Assembly: GCA_964653635.1 (NCBI GenBank)
Contig: CAZZGZ010000002.1
Coordinates: forward strand, 794-64,793
Reading direction: 5' to 3'
Source of the DNA: an uncultured Lachnospiraceae bacterium
GTDB lineage: Bacteria > Bacillota > Clostridia > Christensenellales > UBA1242
Length of the DNA: 64,000 nt
The notes beneath the pieces are model-generated. The model was not told the origin of the DNA and searched no databases. It was given only the letters and a program-made list of their open reading frames with translations. The position numbers and the translations under genes were made by a program. Below are positions 44,206 through 53,979 of this stretch, in pieces. The stretch's first letter is position 1. Each line of letters begins with the position of its first letter.

Positions 44206-45624
44206 ATGGACTTAAAGTATATCATGCAAAAATACATAAAGAAATTGCATAATCAAGACGATGTCGGTAGTAAGATAATACAAAAAGAAAAAAAAGTAGG
44301 TTTTTTGTATCTTAAAAGTATGACCGATCCAGAAATTTTTTCTATTAGTATCATAGAGCCTATAAATAAAACAAAAGAGGAAATATCTCTTTCTAACCTT
44401 CAAAATAGCATTATACATTATAACAATATAATTGAAATTAATTCTGATGAAGTGATAAAAAAAATCTTAAAAGGGAGCGTTGTTGTTTTTGTTGAAAATG
44501 AAAGTAAAATGCTGGCTATTGATATTAGAAAGTTTCCTGAACGCTCCCCATCAGAACCTCCTACTTCTTCAGTCATTCAAGGGCCGAGAGAGGGATTTGT
44601 TGAAGATATTAAAACTAACATAACACTACTACGTCGTAGGTTTTATAGTGAAAACTTTATAATTAAAAATATGTTTGTTGGCAAATATTCAGATACACAA
44701 ATTTCAATATGTTACATAAAAGATGTGGCTGATAAAAATGTTATTATTGAGATAGAAAAAAAGTTAAAATCAATTAAAATAGATGGAATTATTGATAGCT
44801 ATTATGTTGCACAATTTTTGCAAGATAGAAAACATTCGCTTTTTAAACAAGTTGGCTCTATTGAAAAACCAGATATAGTAGCAAGCAAAATTTTAGAGGG
44901 TAGAGTTGCAATCATTGTAGACAATTCACCTATTGTTTTAACCTTACCTTATATTCTTATTGAAGATTTGCAAAATAGTAATGATTATTATACCAATCAC
45001 ATTTATGCTTCATTTATTCGATTTATTAGATTATTAGGTGTGATAATATCAGTGTTTTCACCTGCGGTATTTTTGAGTTTTAGACTATATCATTATAACG
45101 CCCTGCCGTTAAATTATGAAATCACTATCGCAGATACTACACAGCACATTCCTTTTACTCCGTTTGTAGAGGTTTTATTTGTAACTTTTTTATTTCAAAT
45201 ACTTTACGAAGTTTCACTGCGGTTGCCCCAATATTTAGGACTTGCAACCTCCATTGTAGGCGCTTTAATATTAGGCGACACGGGTGTTAGAGCTGGGCTG
45301 ATATCACCACCGGCGGTTATTGTAGTAGCATTAGCGAAGATTTCGCTTTACACAGTGCCAGAGCAGGCAGCACAAATAAATGTTCTTCAAATAGTGTTTA
45401 TAATTTTAGGCGGGAGTATGGGTATGTTAGGTGTTTTTGCTGGTAATTTTTATATACTAAATTATTTATGTAGTATCGACTCATATGGAGCACCCTATCT
45501 CGCTCCTTATGCTCCAAGAGTTCAAAATGACTTGAAAGATGGTTTTATTAAAGAACCATTAACTTGCATGACGACTCGACCTAAAAGTTTTAGTAATGAA
45601 AATGAAATAAGGCAAAAAAATTAA
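44206..45624 (+). CDS. Spore germination protein, GerA family A subunit
   Basis: PSEPPTSSVIQGPREGFVEDIKTNITLLRRR and a C-terminal TM bundle, both typical of GerAA/GerKA. Confidence 0.85.
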   Translation: MDLKYIMQKYIKKLHNQDDVGSKIIQKEKKVGFLYLKSMTDPEIFSISIIEPINKTKEEISLSNLQNSIIHYNNIIEINSDEVIKKILKGSVVVFVENESKMLAIDIRKFPERSPSEPPTSSVIQGPREGFVEDIKTNITLLRRRFYSENFIIKNMFVGKYSDTQISICYIKDVADKNVIIEIEKKLKSIKIDGIIDSYYVAQFLQDRKHSLFKQVGSIEKPDIVASKILEGRVAIIVDNSPIVLTLPYILIEDLQNSNDYYTNHIYASFIRFIRLLGVIISVFSPAVFLSFRLYHYNALPLNYEITIADTTQHIPFTPFVEVLFVTFLFQILYEVSLRLPQYLGLATSIVGALILGDTGVRAGLISPPAVIVVALAKISLYTVPEQAAQINVLQIVFIILGGSMGMLGVFAGNFYILNYLCSIDSYGAPYLAPYAPRVQNDLKDGFIKEPLTCMTTRPKSFSNENEIRQKN

Positions 45625-45650
45625 AAATAATTAAAAAAAAAGGAGAAAAA

Positions 45651-46727
45651 ATGCAAAAAAATTCAATAAATGCTTCTCAAACTGGTATTTTAATGTTTTT
45701 TTTGTGTTTTACAAATAAAATATTAATTATGCCCTCTCTTCTTTATAAACAAGTAAAAACAGATGGTATTTTGACTTATTTATTTGGATTTTTAATAGAT
45801 TTTATTTTACTATTTTTATTCATTTTTTTGAAAAAGAAATATCAAAATCTATCTTTTTTTCAAATTTTATCAAAAAATTTAACAAAATACATAGCCATAT
45901 TTATTTATATTTTTGCAGCAATTTATTTTCTAAGCAAAATAGTACTAGTATTTAATGTTACATTAATATATTTTAAGCAAAAAATATATCCCGATGGGAA
46001 TTTGTTCTTCTTTTTATTATGTTTCTTGCCGATTATAGTACATAGTACAATTTTAGGACTGAGAGTACTTGGAAGAGGTGGACAATTTTTCTTTATCATC
46101 GTACTTGCCAGTTTTTTGGCATGCTTTTTCATTTCTCTTTCTAGTTACGATAGAATGCCGGTTTTGTTTGATTCTAATCTTAAAGATTTTAGCCTTGCTT
46201 ACTTAGGACATATTTTCAGCTTTGGAGATTTTTTAGTCTTGTTTTTTATGATGGATAAAGTGAGATTAGAAAAGGGGCAGACTAAAAATTTAATAATTTT
46301 TTCTCTTCTTGGCATGGCGGTTACACTTTCGATTATAGTATCATTTTATGTAATTTACCAAAGTACGGCATTTCTCTATACTTCTGCCATTTCAGATATT
46401 ATAAGTATCAACTCATCATTATATCAAATCGGACAGATTGAACTTTTTGCAATGTTTATAGTACTATTTATAACTTTTTATCAACTTGAAATATTTTTAT
46501 ATGCGTATAATGATACAATTATCTCAATTTTTCCAAAACTCAAAACTTGGGTTAATATGATTTGGTTTTGCGTTATATTTTCATTAATATCCTACTTTCT
46601 TTTCAATAATATAGAAAAAGTTTTATTTTTAGGAGAACAAGTTTTTCCATATCTTTCCATTTTACCAGTTATAATAATTCCTATATTATTTGTGATACTT
46701 ATTATAAAAAGGAGAAAAGAGGAGTGA
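45651..46727 (+). CDS. Spore germination protein, GerA family B subunit (APC-like permease)
   Basis: 358 aa, about 10 TM helices, positioned between the A and C subunits. Confidence 0.8.
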   Translation: MQKNSINASQTGILMFFLCFTNKILIMPSLLYKQVKTDGILTYLFGFLIDFILLFLFIFLKKKYQNLSFFQILSKNLTKYIAIFIYIFAAIYFLSKIVLVFNVTLIYFKQKIYPDGNLFFFLLCFLPIIVHSTILGLRVLGRGGQFFFIIVLASFLACFFISLSSYDRMPVLFDSNLKDFSLAYLGHIFSFGDFLVLFFMMDKVRLEKGQTKNLIIFSLLGMAVTLSIIVSFYVIYQSTAFLYTSAISDIISINSSLYQIGQIELFAMFIVLFITFYQLEIFLYAYNDTIISIFPKLKTWVNMIWFCVIFSLISYFLFNNIEKVLFLGEQVFPYLSILPVIIIPILFVILIIKRRKEE

Positions 46728-47977
46728 AAAGAATTTTACAGCATATTAAGTCTACGCCTATGCTTATTGTTTTTCTCTTTATATGTATTTTTATTTTTCC
46801 TGGGGCATTAGTAAAAGCTCCCTCTAACGAAGTTGATACTTTTGTAACAGCAGTGGGAATAGATGTAGGTGACAATGACACTGTTGATGTGACACTGATG
46901 TATTTTTTACCATTAGCAAATCAATCTTTTGTGGAAACATATGATATTGTAAAATCGAATGGTAAAAATTTTGCTGATGCAATAGATAATGCAAGTTTGA
47001 TATTAGGAAATGAAGTATTACTAAGCCACGTTAGTATAGTTGTTTTAGGTGAAGAGGTAATAAATAATAACATCTTATCCACGCTTGACTATCTTTTACG
47101 AGACGACACTCTCACAAATAGTACTCAGGTCGCTGTAAGTAATATTGATGCTTATACCACCTTGAATTATGCAAAGGACTTAGCGACAGAAAAGGCTATT
47201 TCATTAAAAGATGTTCTCTCATATAATGGTCAACTTTTAGAATCTGTCACAACTACAATAAATAGTATTTATGAAGGTTATTTTTCGCCTACTAAGTCTT
47301 CCTTGATTTCCAAAATAGATATAATAGAAAAAGAAGAAGGTATTCCTTTAACAGGTGGCACTAAAACATCAGGCGAAGGTTCGTCCGAATCATCGAGTTC
47401 TAGCGATTCAGGTGGTAGTGAAAGTCAAAGCGGAAGTTTATGGCTTTTTAATCAAGGAGAATCCTTTGTTCTTAAAGATGGGACAAAATATTTAAAGTTA
47501 AACAAAGACGAAATGTCTAGTTTGAACTTTTTTAAGGGGGATTTCAATTATGGTATCATTTCACTTGAAAATGTCAATACTACAATGTATAATGATGCGA
47601 CAATATCTTTAAAAATCAATAAACAGAGCCAAAACTATAAGACTAAATTTGTCAATGGGATACCGTATTTTATAAACGAATTAAGATTGAATTGTAAAGT
47701 TGTTGAAGTTGATGAAAGCAACACTAATTTACAGGAGAATAAACAGATTGATCTCAGTTCGCAACTTGAAAATTTAATTGAACAACAGGTGAAAATAAAA
47801 TGCTCAAACATCATTCAGATTCTTAAGGAAAATAAAACGGATATATTAGGATTTTATCAAACTTTTTACACTCAAAATCGTGCCAAATTTAAAGAATATT
47901 TAAAGACTTTGGATGATGTTGAAGATTTTTTGAATAATATTGTCTTTATTGTTGATGTGATTGTGCTTCCTGATTAA
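46724..47977 (+). CDS. Spore germination protein, Ger(x)C family C subunit (atypical N-terminus)
   Basis: VTAVGIDVGD near the N-terminus and a C-terminal GerAC-like region. GTG start overlaps the B-subunit stop. There is an S/G/E-rich insert and no canonical lipobox. Confidence 0.7.
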   Translation: MKRILQHIKSTPMLIVFLFICIFIFPGALVKAPSNEVDTFVTAVGIDVGDNDTVDVTLMYFLPLANQSFVETYDIVKSNGKNFADAIDNASLILGNEVLLSHVSIVVLGEEVINNNILSTLDYLLRDDTLTNSTQVAVSNIDAYTTLNYAKDLATEKAISLKDVLSYNGQLLESVTTTINSIYEGYFSPTKSSLISKIDIIEKEEGIPLTGGTKTSGEGSSESSSSSDSGGSESQSGSLWLFNQGESFVLKDGTKYLKLNKDEMSSLNFFKGDFNYGIISLENVNTTMYNDATISLKINKQSQNYKTKFVNGIPYFINELRLNCKVVEVDESNTNLQENKQIDLSSQLENLIEQQVKIKCSNIIQILKENKTDILGFYQTFYTQNRAKFKEYLKTLDDVEDFLNNIVFIVDVIVLPD

Positions 47978-48059
47978 AAATTTGTCTAAAATACGTAAAT
48001 TAAGTTGTAAAAATCTTAATATTATGTTAAAATACTGCATATAGTTTTAAGGAGAAATT

Positions 48060-50264
48060 ATGAACGAAAATAAACAAAAAAGCAGGTTTAGCATATATTA
48101 TGTTCTTCTTGCACTTCTGATCATATTATGCGTTTGTCTAATATTTACTAATCAAGGGAGTGATGGAGTCGAAATTAATGAGACTGTTGCTGAACAAATG
48201 CTTTCTGGCGAAAGTGTGACAATTAATGATCAATCATACACTGCTAGAGCTTATTATTACAAAGATGGAGTGGGATATATTTTAGTTGAAAATTCTAAAA
48301 TTAGCGATTCAAACTTTCCTAAGTATGCCGATTTTCACTTTTATTATGGGGCAAGTGAGGAAGATGATTTTGCAGCGCTTGCACGCAATAGTTTAATTCC
48401 AGTTATTACTGCACCAGATGGTATATCATGGGTAGATATAGTATTTCCAATCATTTACATTCTTTTTGGTATATTCCTAATATATATGGTTTTTAGGATG
48501 ATATCAAACACCAATAAGAGTGCTATGCAATTTGGGCATACTAAAACTAGACTTCAACAAGTAAGTAAAGTAAAATTTTCTGATATCGCAGGCATGGACG
48601 AGGAAAAAGCCGAATTGGAAGAAATAGTTGAATTTTTGAAAAATCCGCAAAAATTTACTAACCTTGGAGCAAGAATACCTAAAGGAGTACTTTTGGTAGG
48701 AAATCCTGGTACTGGAAAAACTTTATTAGCTCGTGCAGTGGCTGGTGAAAGTAAAGTTCCTTTTATATCAATAAGTGGTTCTGATTTCGTTGAGATGTTC
48801 GTAGGTGTAGGTGCATCTAGAGTGAGAGACCTTTTTGAGCAAGCGAAAAAGAATAAACCATGCATCGTTTTTATTGATGAAATAGATGCAGTTGGGCGTC
48901 AACGTGGTGCTGGACTTGGCGGTGGCAATGACGAAAGAGAACAAACCCTTAATCAACTATTGGTTGAAATGGATGGCTTTGAGGCTAATGAAGGTATAAT
49001 TGTGCTTGCTGCAACAAACAGAGCTGATATTCTTGACCCAGCTTTAATGAGACCAGGTAGATTTGATAGACAAATTTATGTTCATGTTCCTGATGTCAAA
49101 GGACGTGAAGGAATTCTCAGAATTCATGCTAGAAATAAGCCTCTTAATGACGATGTGGATTTTGCCACACTCGCAAAAATTACGACCGGCTTTACTGGGG
49201 CTGATATAGAGAATATGCTAAATGAGGCGGCTATTTTGGCAGCACGTGCAGGCAGACCAAAAATCACAATGGTTGATATACAAGAAGGCATAAATAAGGT
49301 AGTCATGGGACCTCAGAAGAAGAGTCGTGTGGTTACAGAACATGACAAACAAGTCACTGCTTATCACGAATCTGGTCATGCGATACTTGGAAAACTTTTG
49401 AAAAATTGTGAAGAAATTCAAGAAGTTTCTATTATTTCTCGTGGGCATGCAGCTGGTTATACAATGAGCAGACCTGAAAATGATAATAGTCATTACACAT
49501 ATAATAAAATCATGGATCAAATCGCTATGTGCATGGGTGGAAGAATAGCTGAAGAAATAATTTTCAAGGATATTTCGACAGGTGCTTCAAGTGATATAGA
49601 ACACGCAACAAGCCTTGCTAAAAATATGGTTTATGAGTGGGGTATGAGCAAAAAACTTGGTTTTATAACATTAGGTAGTGATGACACTGTTTTTATCGGT
49701 AGAGATTATCAAACTAAGAACAATTATTCTGAAAAAATTGCAGCGATTGCCGATGAGGAAATCATAACTATATTAAACTCTAATTATAAACGGGCAAAAC
49801 AATTATTACAAGATAATATTGAGACTTTGCACGAAATGGCTAAACTCTTACTTGCCAAAGAAACGATTTACAAAGAAGAAGTAGATATGATTATGCAAGG
49901 AAAGAAAACTGATGAAGTTATTGAGTTTATGGATAAAAAAGAGAAGGAACAAAAGGAAAAAGAAAATAAGATAAAAGAAGATGCAAAATGGCAGGATAAA
50001 CTAAACGAATACAAGCGAAAAGTTGAAGACGCCAAAAAGATGCTTGATAGTGGATTGATTACACAAAAAGAATTTGAAACCGTTGCGGAGGGGTTGAAGG
50101 AATTTGATGAGACTATAGTCGACAAAGAAAATAAATCTGACAAACAAAAAGTTGAGGAGTCTTCCGAAAAACAAACTTCAGTTGAAAAGAAGAGTACAAC
50201 ACGCAGAAAAACTAAGAAAAGCGATGACAAAAAAGATGATAATCAAGGAGATGGTCAAGTATGA
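48060..50264 (+). CDS. ftsH: ATP-dependent zinc metalloprotease FtsH with an extended K/E-rich C-terminus
   Basis: [17 protein letters not shown], the SRH region, and the zinc site HESGHA. 734 aa, with about 120 aa beyond the protease domain. Confidence 0.97.
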   Translation: MNENKQKSRFSIYYVLLALLIILCVCLIFTNQGSDGVEINETVAEQMLSGESVTINDQSYTARAYYYKDGVGYILVENSKISDSNFPKYADFHFYYGASEEDDFAALARNSLIPVITAPDGISWVDIVFPIIYILFGIFLIYMVFRMISNTNKSAMQFGHTKTRLQQVSKVKFSDIAGMDEEKAELEEIVEFLKNPQKFTNLGARIPKGVLLVGNPGTGKTLLARAVAGESKVPFISISGSDFVEMFVGVGASRVRDLFEQAKKNKPCIVFIDEIDAVGRQRGAGLGGGNDEREQTLNQLLVEMDGFEANEGIIVLAATNRADILDPALMRPGRFDRQIYVHVPDVKGREGILRIHARNKPLNDDVDFATLAKITTGFTGADIENMLNEAAILAARAGRPKITMVDIQEGINKVVMGPQKKSRVVTEHDKQVTAYHESGHAILGKLLKNCEEIQEVSIISRGHAAGYTMSRPENDNSHYTYNKIMDQIAMCMGGRIAEEIIFKDISTGASSDIEHATSLAKNMVYEWGMSKKLGFITLGSDDTVFIGRDYQTKNNYSEKIAAIADEEIITILNSNYKRAKQLLQDNIETLHEMAKLLLAKETIYKEEVDMIMQGKKTDEVIEFMDKKEKEQKEKENKIKEDAKWQDKLNEYKRKVEDAKKMLDSGLITQKEFETVAEGLKEFDETIVDKENKSDKQKVEESSEKQTSVEKKSTTRRKTKKSDDKKDDNQGDGQV

Positions 50265-50983
50265 CACAAGTATCTGAGCAAAATCAAGCTTTATCTGACG
50301 AAGAACTTTATAAAACAATACTTGAAAATCGTGCGATTACAAGAAAGAAGCATAATAAAATATGTTCAATAGTTGCCTTAGCAATAGTGTTAGTTCTAGC
50401 CTTAGCAATTATCATTATTTCAAGTGTTTCAACTAGTTATATGCCACAATTTATGAAAATATATGCAGCCGATGCAATTTATTTAAACGAAACGGGAGCT
50501 AGTACATCAGGAGTCCAAATTCCTAGTACCTCAGCTGTATATACTCGACTTATGAATGATATCAATTCAGCATTTAGACTCTCAACTCTTACTGGAATTT
50601 GTACAGGGGCTAATTCCAATTACTCATTTAGCAATCCTTATCTTTCAAACATTTACACTACTTCTAAGTTTTCATCAACACCAAAGGTAATTGTTTTAAA
50701 ATATGACCAATATAAAAAACTTGTTGACAAGAATGGAAGTGAAATATATTCCACTTTTGGAGGGCATGAAGGGCAGAAGAGAAATATCATGTTTAATCAG
50801 ATTATATTCTCTGTTTCAGAGCAGGATTTGTGGACGTCACTAGATATCACTATTGTGTATAAAATTGCAAGTGAAGATGGAACAACGCTTTCATCTGATG
50901 AGTATTATTACACTTTCACTATGAATGCAAATACGAGCAACGTTTATGAAGCGTGGAATAATGGAGATTATTATATTGCCTAG
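50261..50983 (+). CDS. Hypothetical single-pass membrane protein, translationally coupled to ftsH
   Basis: ATGA overlap with the ftsH stop. TM segment [23 protein letters not shown]. Extracytoplasmic S/T/Y-rich domain. Confidence 0.6.
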   Translation: MTQVSEQNQALSDEELYKTILENRAITRKKHNKICSIVALAIVLVLALAIIIISSVSTSYMPQFMKIYAADAIYLNETGASTSGVQIPSTSAVYTRLMNDINSAFRLSTLTGICTGANSNYSFSNPYLSNIYTTSKFSSTPKVIVLKYDQYKKLVDKNGSEIYSTFGGHEGQKRNIMFNQIIFSVSEQDLWTSLDITIVYKIASEDGTTLSSDEYYYTFTMNANTSNVYEAWNNGDYYIA

Positions 50984-51021
50984 TTTCTTCAAAGTGCTAA
51001 ATGGGAAAATATATTATAATA

Positions 51022-51053
51022 AATGGAAATAATTTATTTATTTCCATTTTTTT
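51022..51053 (+). terminator. Rho-independent terminator of the ftsH operon
   Basis: AATGGAAATAA(51022-51032)/TTATTTCCATT(51038-51048) followed by a T-run. Confidence 0.75.
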
Positions 51054-51161
51054 ATTAGATATAATCATGATTTAGTTTTTATACTATTAATAAAATTAAA
51101 ACGTTTAAGTTTTTTATATTTATTCTTCTTAAAGTTTTTTGTAATTATGTACTATAATAAT

Positions 51162-51192
51162 AAAAAATTCTATTCTTGCTTAGAATAGAATT
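51162..51192 (-). terminator. Probable terminator of the minus-strand P-type ATPase gene
   Basis: AATTCTATTCT(51166-51176)/AGAATAGAATT(51182-51192). On the minus strand a T6 run follows. Confidence 0.5.
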
Positions 51193-51326
51193 TATATAAT
51201 TATTTATTGAAGATTATTTTTTGTATTTTGCATAATAATAATCGTATATATACAAAATTTTTTGCGAGTTTTTATTTATTTTCCAGTACTACTATAAAAG
51301 TATCAGCCACTTTTTTGCCATTTATA

Positions 51327-53864
51327 TTACCTAGTTTTGATATGTTTGTTTTCATTTTCAGAAGTTTCTATATTTTGCTTTTCTTCTTCTTCAAAAATGT
51401 TAATTTGTTTTTTATTTTCAGCTATTCTGTTTTGTATTTCCATTTCTTCTTTAAGTTTATAACGTTTTATTTTTTTCTTAGAAAAGAACTTGTTTAAAAT
51501 GGATATGCTAATTACGTATAATAAAGAATACAGCACAATTATAGTTAAAAGCACCAAAATGACTTTCGTAGAGTAAGTTGGTGACGCAATAAGATAGTTT
51601 GAAAATCCAGCAAAAACACCAATAAGACATACAAGTGAAGTAGCTACAATTCCTGCCTTTAACCACGTGAATGGGTAACACAAAAAGAATAAATTTACAT
51701 ACCCAGTGAAAGTTAGTACCAGCACATATAAAGTATCACTTTCCGAACTTGAAATGACGCCAAAGTTGTAAAGAACAAGAACGGCAAGCACGGAGACAAT
51801 CATCAAAATAGACCTTGGAATTGTCTTTTTCATAACTTTAGGAATGAAGTTGCCTGATATTATTTTGTCGTTCGGCTCAAAGGTTAAGATTAATGAGCCT
51901 AGTCCAATAACGAACATTTCAAGTGGTAAGAGCTGTCTTGGTGAGAAAGGATAAGAACTTTTGAATACAAAAGTTATTGCACATAGCATGATAGTGAATA
52001 ATGTTTTCATCAAATATAAAACAGAAGAATTTTGAACGTTGTTCACTACTTGTCTGCCTTCTTTGACAACGTGAGGTAAACAAGAAAAATTAGATTCTAA
52101 AAGTACTATGTTTGAAATGTTTCTAGCGACTTCGCTTCCATCAGCCATGGCTATAGAGCAGTCAGCCTCTTTTAATGCTAAGGTATCATTCACTCCATCT
52201 CCGGTCATTGCAACAACTTTACCTTTATTTTTTAATGTTTTAATGAGGATATGTTTTTGTTCAGGGGTAACACGTCCAAAGACAGTAAATTTATCAGCTA
52301 TTTCAGCGACTTCTTGTAAGCTCATATTTTCCAAAGAAATATATTTATCAGAGTTTTGGACTCCTACCCTTTTTGCTATTTTAGATACCGTCAGTGCATC
52401 ATCACCAGATATTATTTTAATTTCAACGTTATTTTCTTTAAACCACCTTATTGTTGCAACAGCATCCTTTCTGATGTGGTCCTCTAAGGTGAAAAACGTT
52501 ATGAGTTTTCCCTCTTTACCTTTCTTTTTCTCATCATATTTACCACAAGTTTCAACAAGAGCGATGACTCTATATCCTTTCTCCATACATTTTTGCATAG
52601 CGATATTTTGTTCTTTTGTAACTTTGCACCCTATAAATGAAACTGCTCCTAAAAAATAAGTTTTGTTTTTTATTGTAGTAGCAGAAAATTTACGTTCTGA
52701 TGAAAATTCCAAGACAAAATTTGCGGATATTTCAGTAAATTTTGAGTATTTGGCTAGAAATGCTACAGATGTTGCATTGCTTGTTTTTTGGTTTTCTAGA
52801 ATCATACTCATTATTTTTTCTACATCTGTTTCCTTATAATTTGCTTGTGGGTAGGAATTAACGACCTTCATTGTGCCATCAGTTATTGTACCCGTTTTAT
52901 CAAGACAAAGTACATTAGTCCTCGCAAGCATTTCTATTGAGTATACATCTTTAATTAGTGCTTTTTTACGTGATAATTTAACTACTCCAACAGCTAATCC
53001 TATAGTAATTAATAGATACATACCTGCCGGTATCATGCCCGTTAATGCACCACTTGTGTTGATGATAGAGTCCTCGATACTATTGCTTAAAAATATATAT
53101 TCTTTGATAAAAGTAACAATTCCAAGCGGTACAAGTGCGATGGCAATATATTTTATTAAATGATTAATATCTCTAAAAAGGTTAGATGTTGATGCCTTGA
53201 AGTCTTTTGTAGATTCTGCGATTGTTTGAATATAATTTTGTTTGCCTATTTTTTCAATACGTGCCTTGCAAACTCCTGAAACCAGGAAACTTCCAGCAAG
53301 AAGCATACTTCCGGGTGATTTTTTGATAGAATTTGATTCGCCAGTAAGCAAACTTTCGTTAGCTTCGACGTTTCCATCTAAAATTATGCAGTCGGCAGGT
53401 ATTTGATTTCCACTTTCAAGCAGAATAATATCATCAAGTACCAAATTTTCAGATTTGACTAGTATTTCTTCACCATGGCGGAGAGTTCTAACTTTTGGCG
53501 TTGATACAAGTGATAGGTGTTCAACAGTGACTTTAGCCCTAACTTCTTGAATGATAGAAATAGCAGTGTTGGCGACAACAACAAATAAGAACATCAAATC
53601 GCCATAATCTCGCACTGCAATAAGTGCACATGCAATGACAATCCAAATTAAATTAAAAAACGTAAATATATTTTTAAAAATTATTTTAAGATATGAGTTT
53701 GAAGTCTTTATTTTAGTGTTATTTGATAACTTTGCCTTTTTTCTCTCTTCTACTTGCTCTTTACTAAGTCCAAAGTTTAAATCAGGAGCATACCTTATTA
53801 TAACCTTCTCTTCGCTTTGTTTTTTCTTTTTTGATTTTATTATATTTTTCAAATTGTTCCCCAC
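51327..53864 (-). CDS. Cation-transporting P-type ATPase (HAD-IC superfamily; ion specificity not determined)
   Basis: 845 aa with LTGES, LCLDKTGTITDG and MTGDGVNDTLALKEADCSIAMA. GTG start as in the ORF track; I found no SD or well-spaced promoter. Confidence 0.88.
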   Translation of the reverse strand: MGNNLKNIIKSKKKKQSEEKVIIRYAPDLNFGLSKEQVEERKKAKLSNNTKIKTSNSYLKIIFKNIFTFFNLIWIVIACALIAVRDYGDLMFLFVVVANTAISIIQEVRAKVTVEHLSLVSTPKVRTLRHGEEILVKSENLVLDDIILLESGNQIPADCIILDGNVEANESLLTGESNSIKKSPGSMLLAGSFLVSGVCKARIEKIGKQNYIQTIAESTKDFKASTSNLFRDINHLIKYIAIALVPLGIVTFIKEYIFLSNSIEDSIINTSGALTGMIPAGMYLLITIGLAVGVVKLSRKKALIKDVYSIEMLARTNVLCLDKTGTITDGTMKVVNSYPQANYKETDVEKIMSMILENQKTSNATSVAFLAKYSKFTEISANFVLEFSSERKFSATTIKNKTYFLGAVSFIGCKVTKEQNIAMQKCMEKGYRVIALVETCGKYDEKKKGKEGKLITFFTLEDHIRKDAVATIRWFKENNVEIKIISGDDALTVSKIAKRVGVQNSDKYISLENMSLQEVAEIADKFTVFGRVTPEQKHILIKTLKNKGKVVAMTGDGVNDTLALKEADCSIAMADGSEVARNISNIVLLESNFSCLPHVVKEGRQVVNNVQNSSVLYLMKTLFTIMLCAITFVFKSSYPFSPRQLLPLEMFVIGLGSLILTFEPNDKIISGNFIPKVMKKTIPRSILMIVSVLAVLVLYNFGVISSSESDTLYVLVLTFTGYVNLFFLCYPFTWLKAGIVATSLVCLIGVFAGFSNYLIASPTYSTKVILVLLTIIVLYSLLYVISISILNKFFSKKKIKRYKLKEEMEIQNRIAENKKQINIFEEEEKQNIETSENENKHIKTR

Positions 53865-53923
53865 ATGTTTATAGTATATAATAAATTGTCAAATCTTCAA
53901 AACGATTTAAGTATTAAAAATAA

Positions 53924-53952
53924 TTGACAATTATTTTTAATTGTATTAAAAT
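53924..53952 (+). promoter_or_regulatory. Promoter of cca
   Basis: TTGACA(53924-53929), 17-nt spacer, TAAAAT(53947-53952). Leadered (27 nt). Confidence 0.55.
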
Positions 53953-53979
53953 TGTATAAAAAAAGGATAAAAATAATAT

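Noticed and set aside
51207-51497. 96-aa plus-strand ORF in the AT-rich spacer overlapping the 3' end of the P-type ATPase gene
   Set aside because: It is a Phe/Leu/Ile-rich translation of AT-rich DNA. It overlaps the ATPase coding region in antisense and has no SD. The spacer is better explained by two terminators (51022-51053 and 51162-51192).
53865-53892. Leaderless-type promoter for the second P-type ATPase (GTG start at 53864)
   Set aside because: A TTGACA (minus strand, 53892-53887) is present, but no -10 hexamer sits at a 16-18 nt spacing. The nearby ATG is out of frame and would encode a 5-codon ORF. The start and promoter of this gene remain unresolved.
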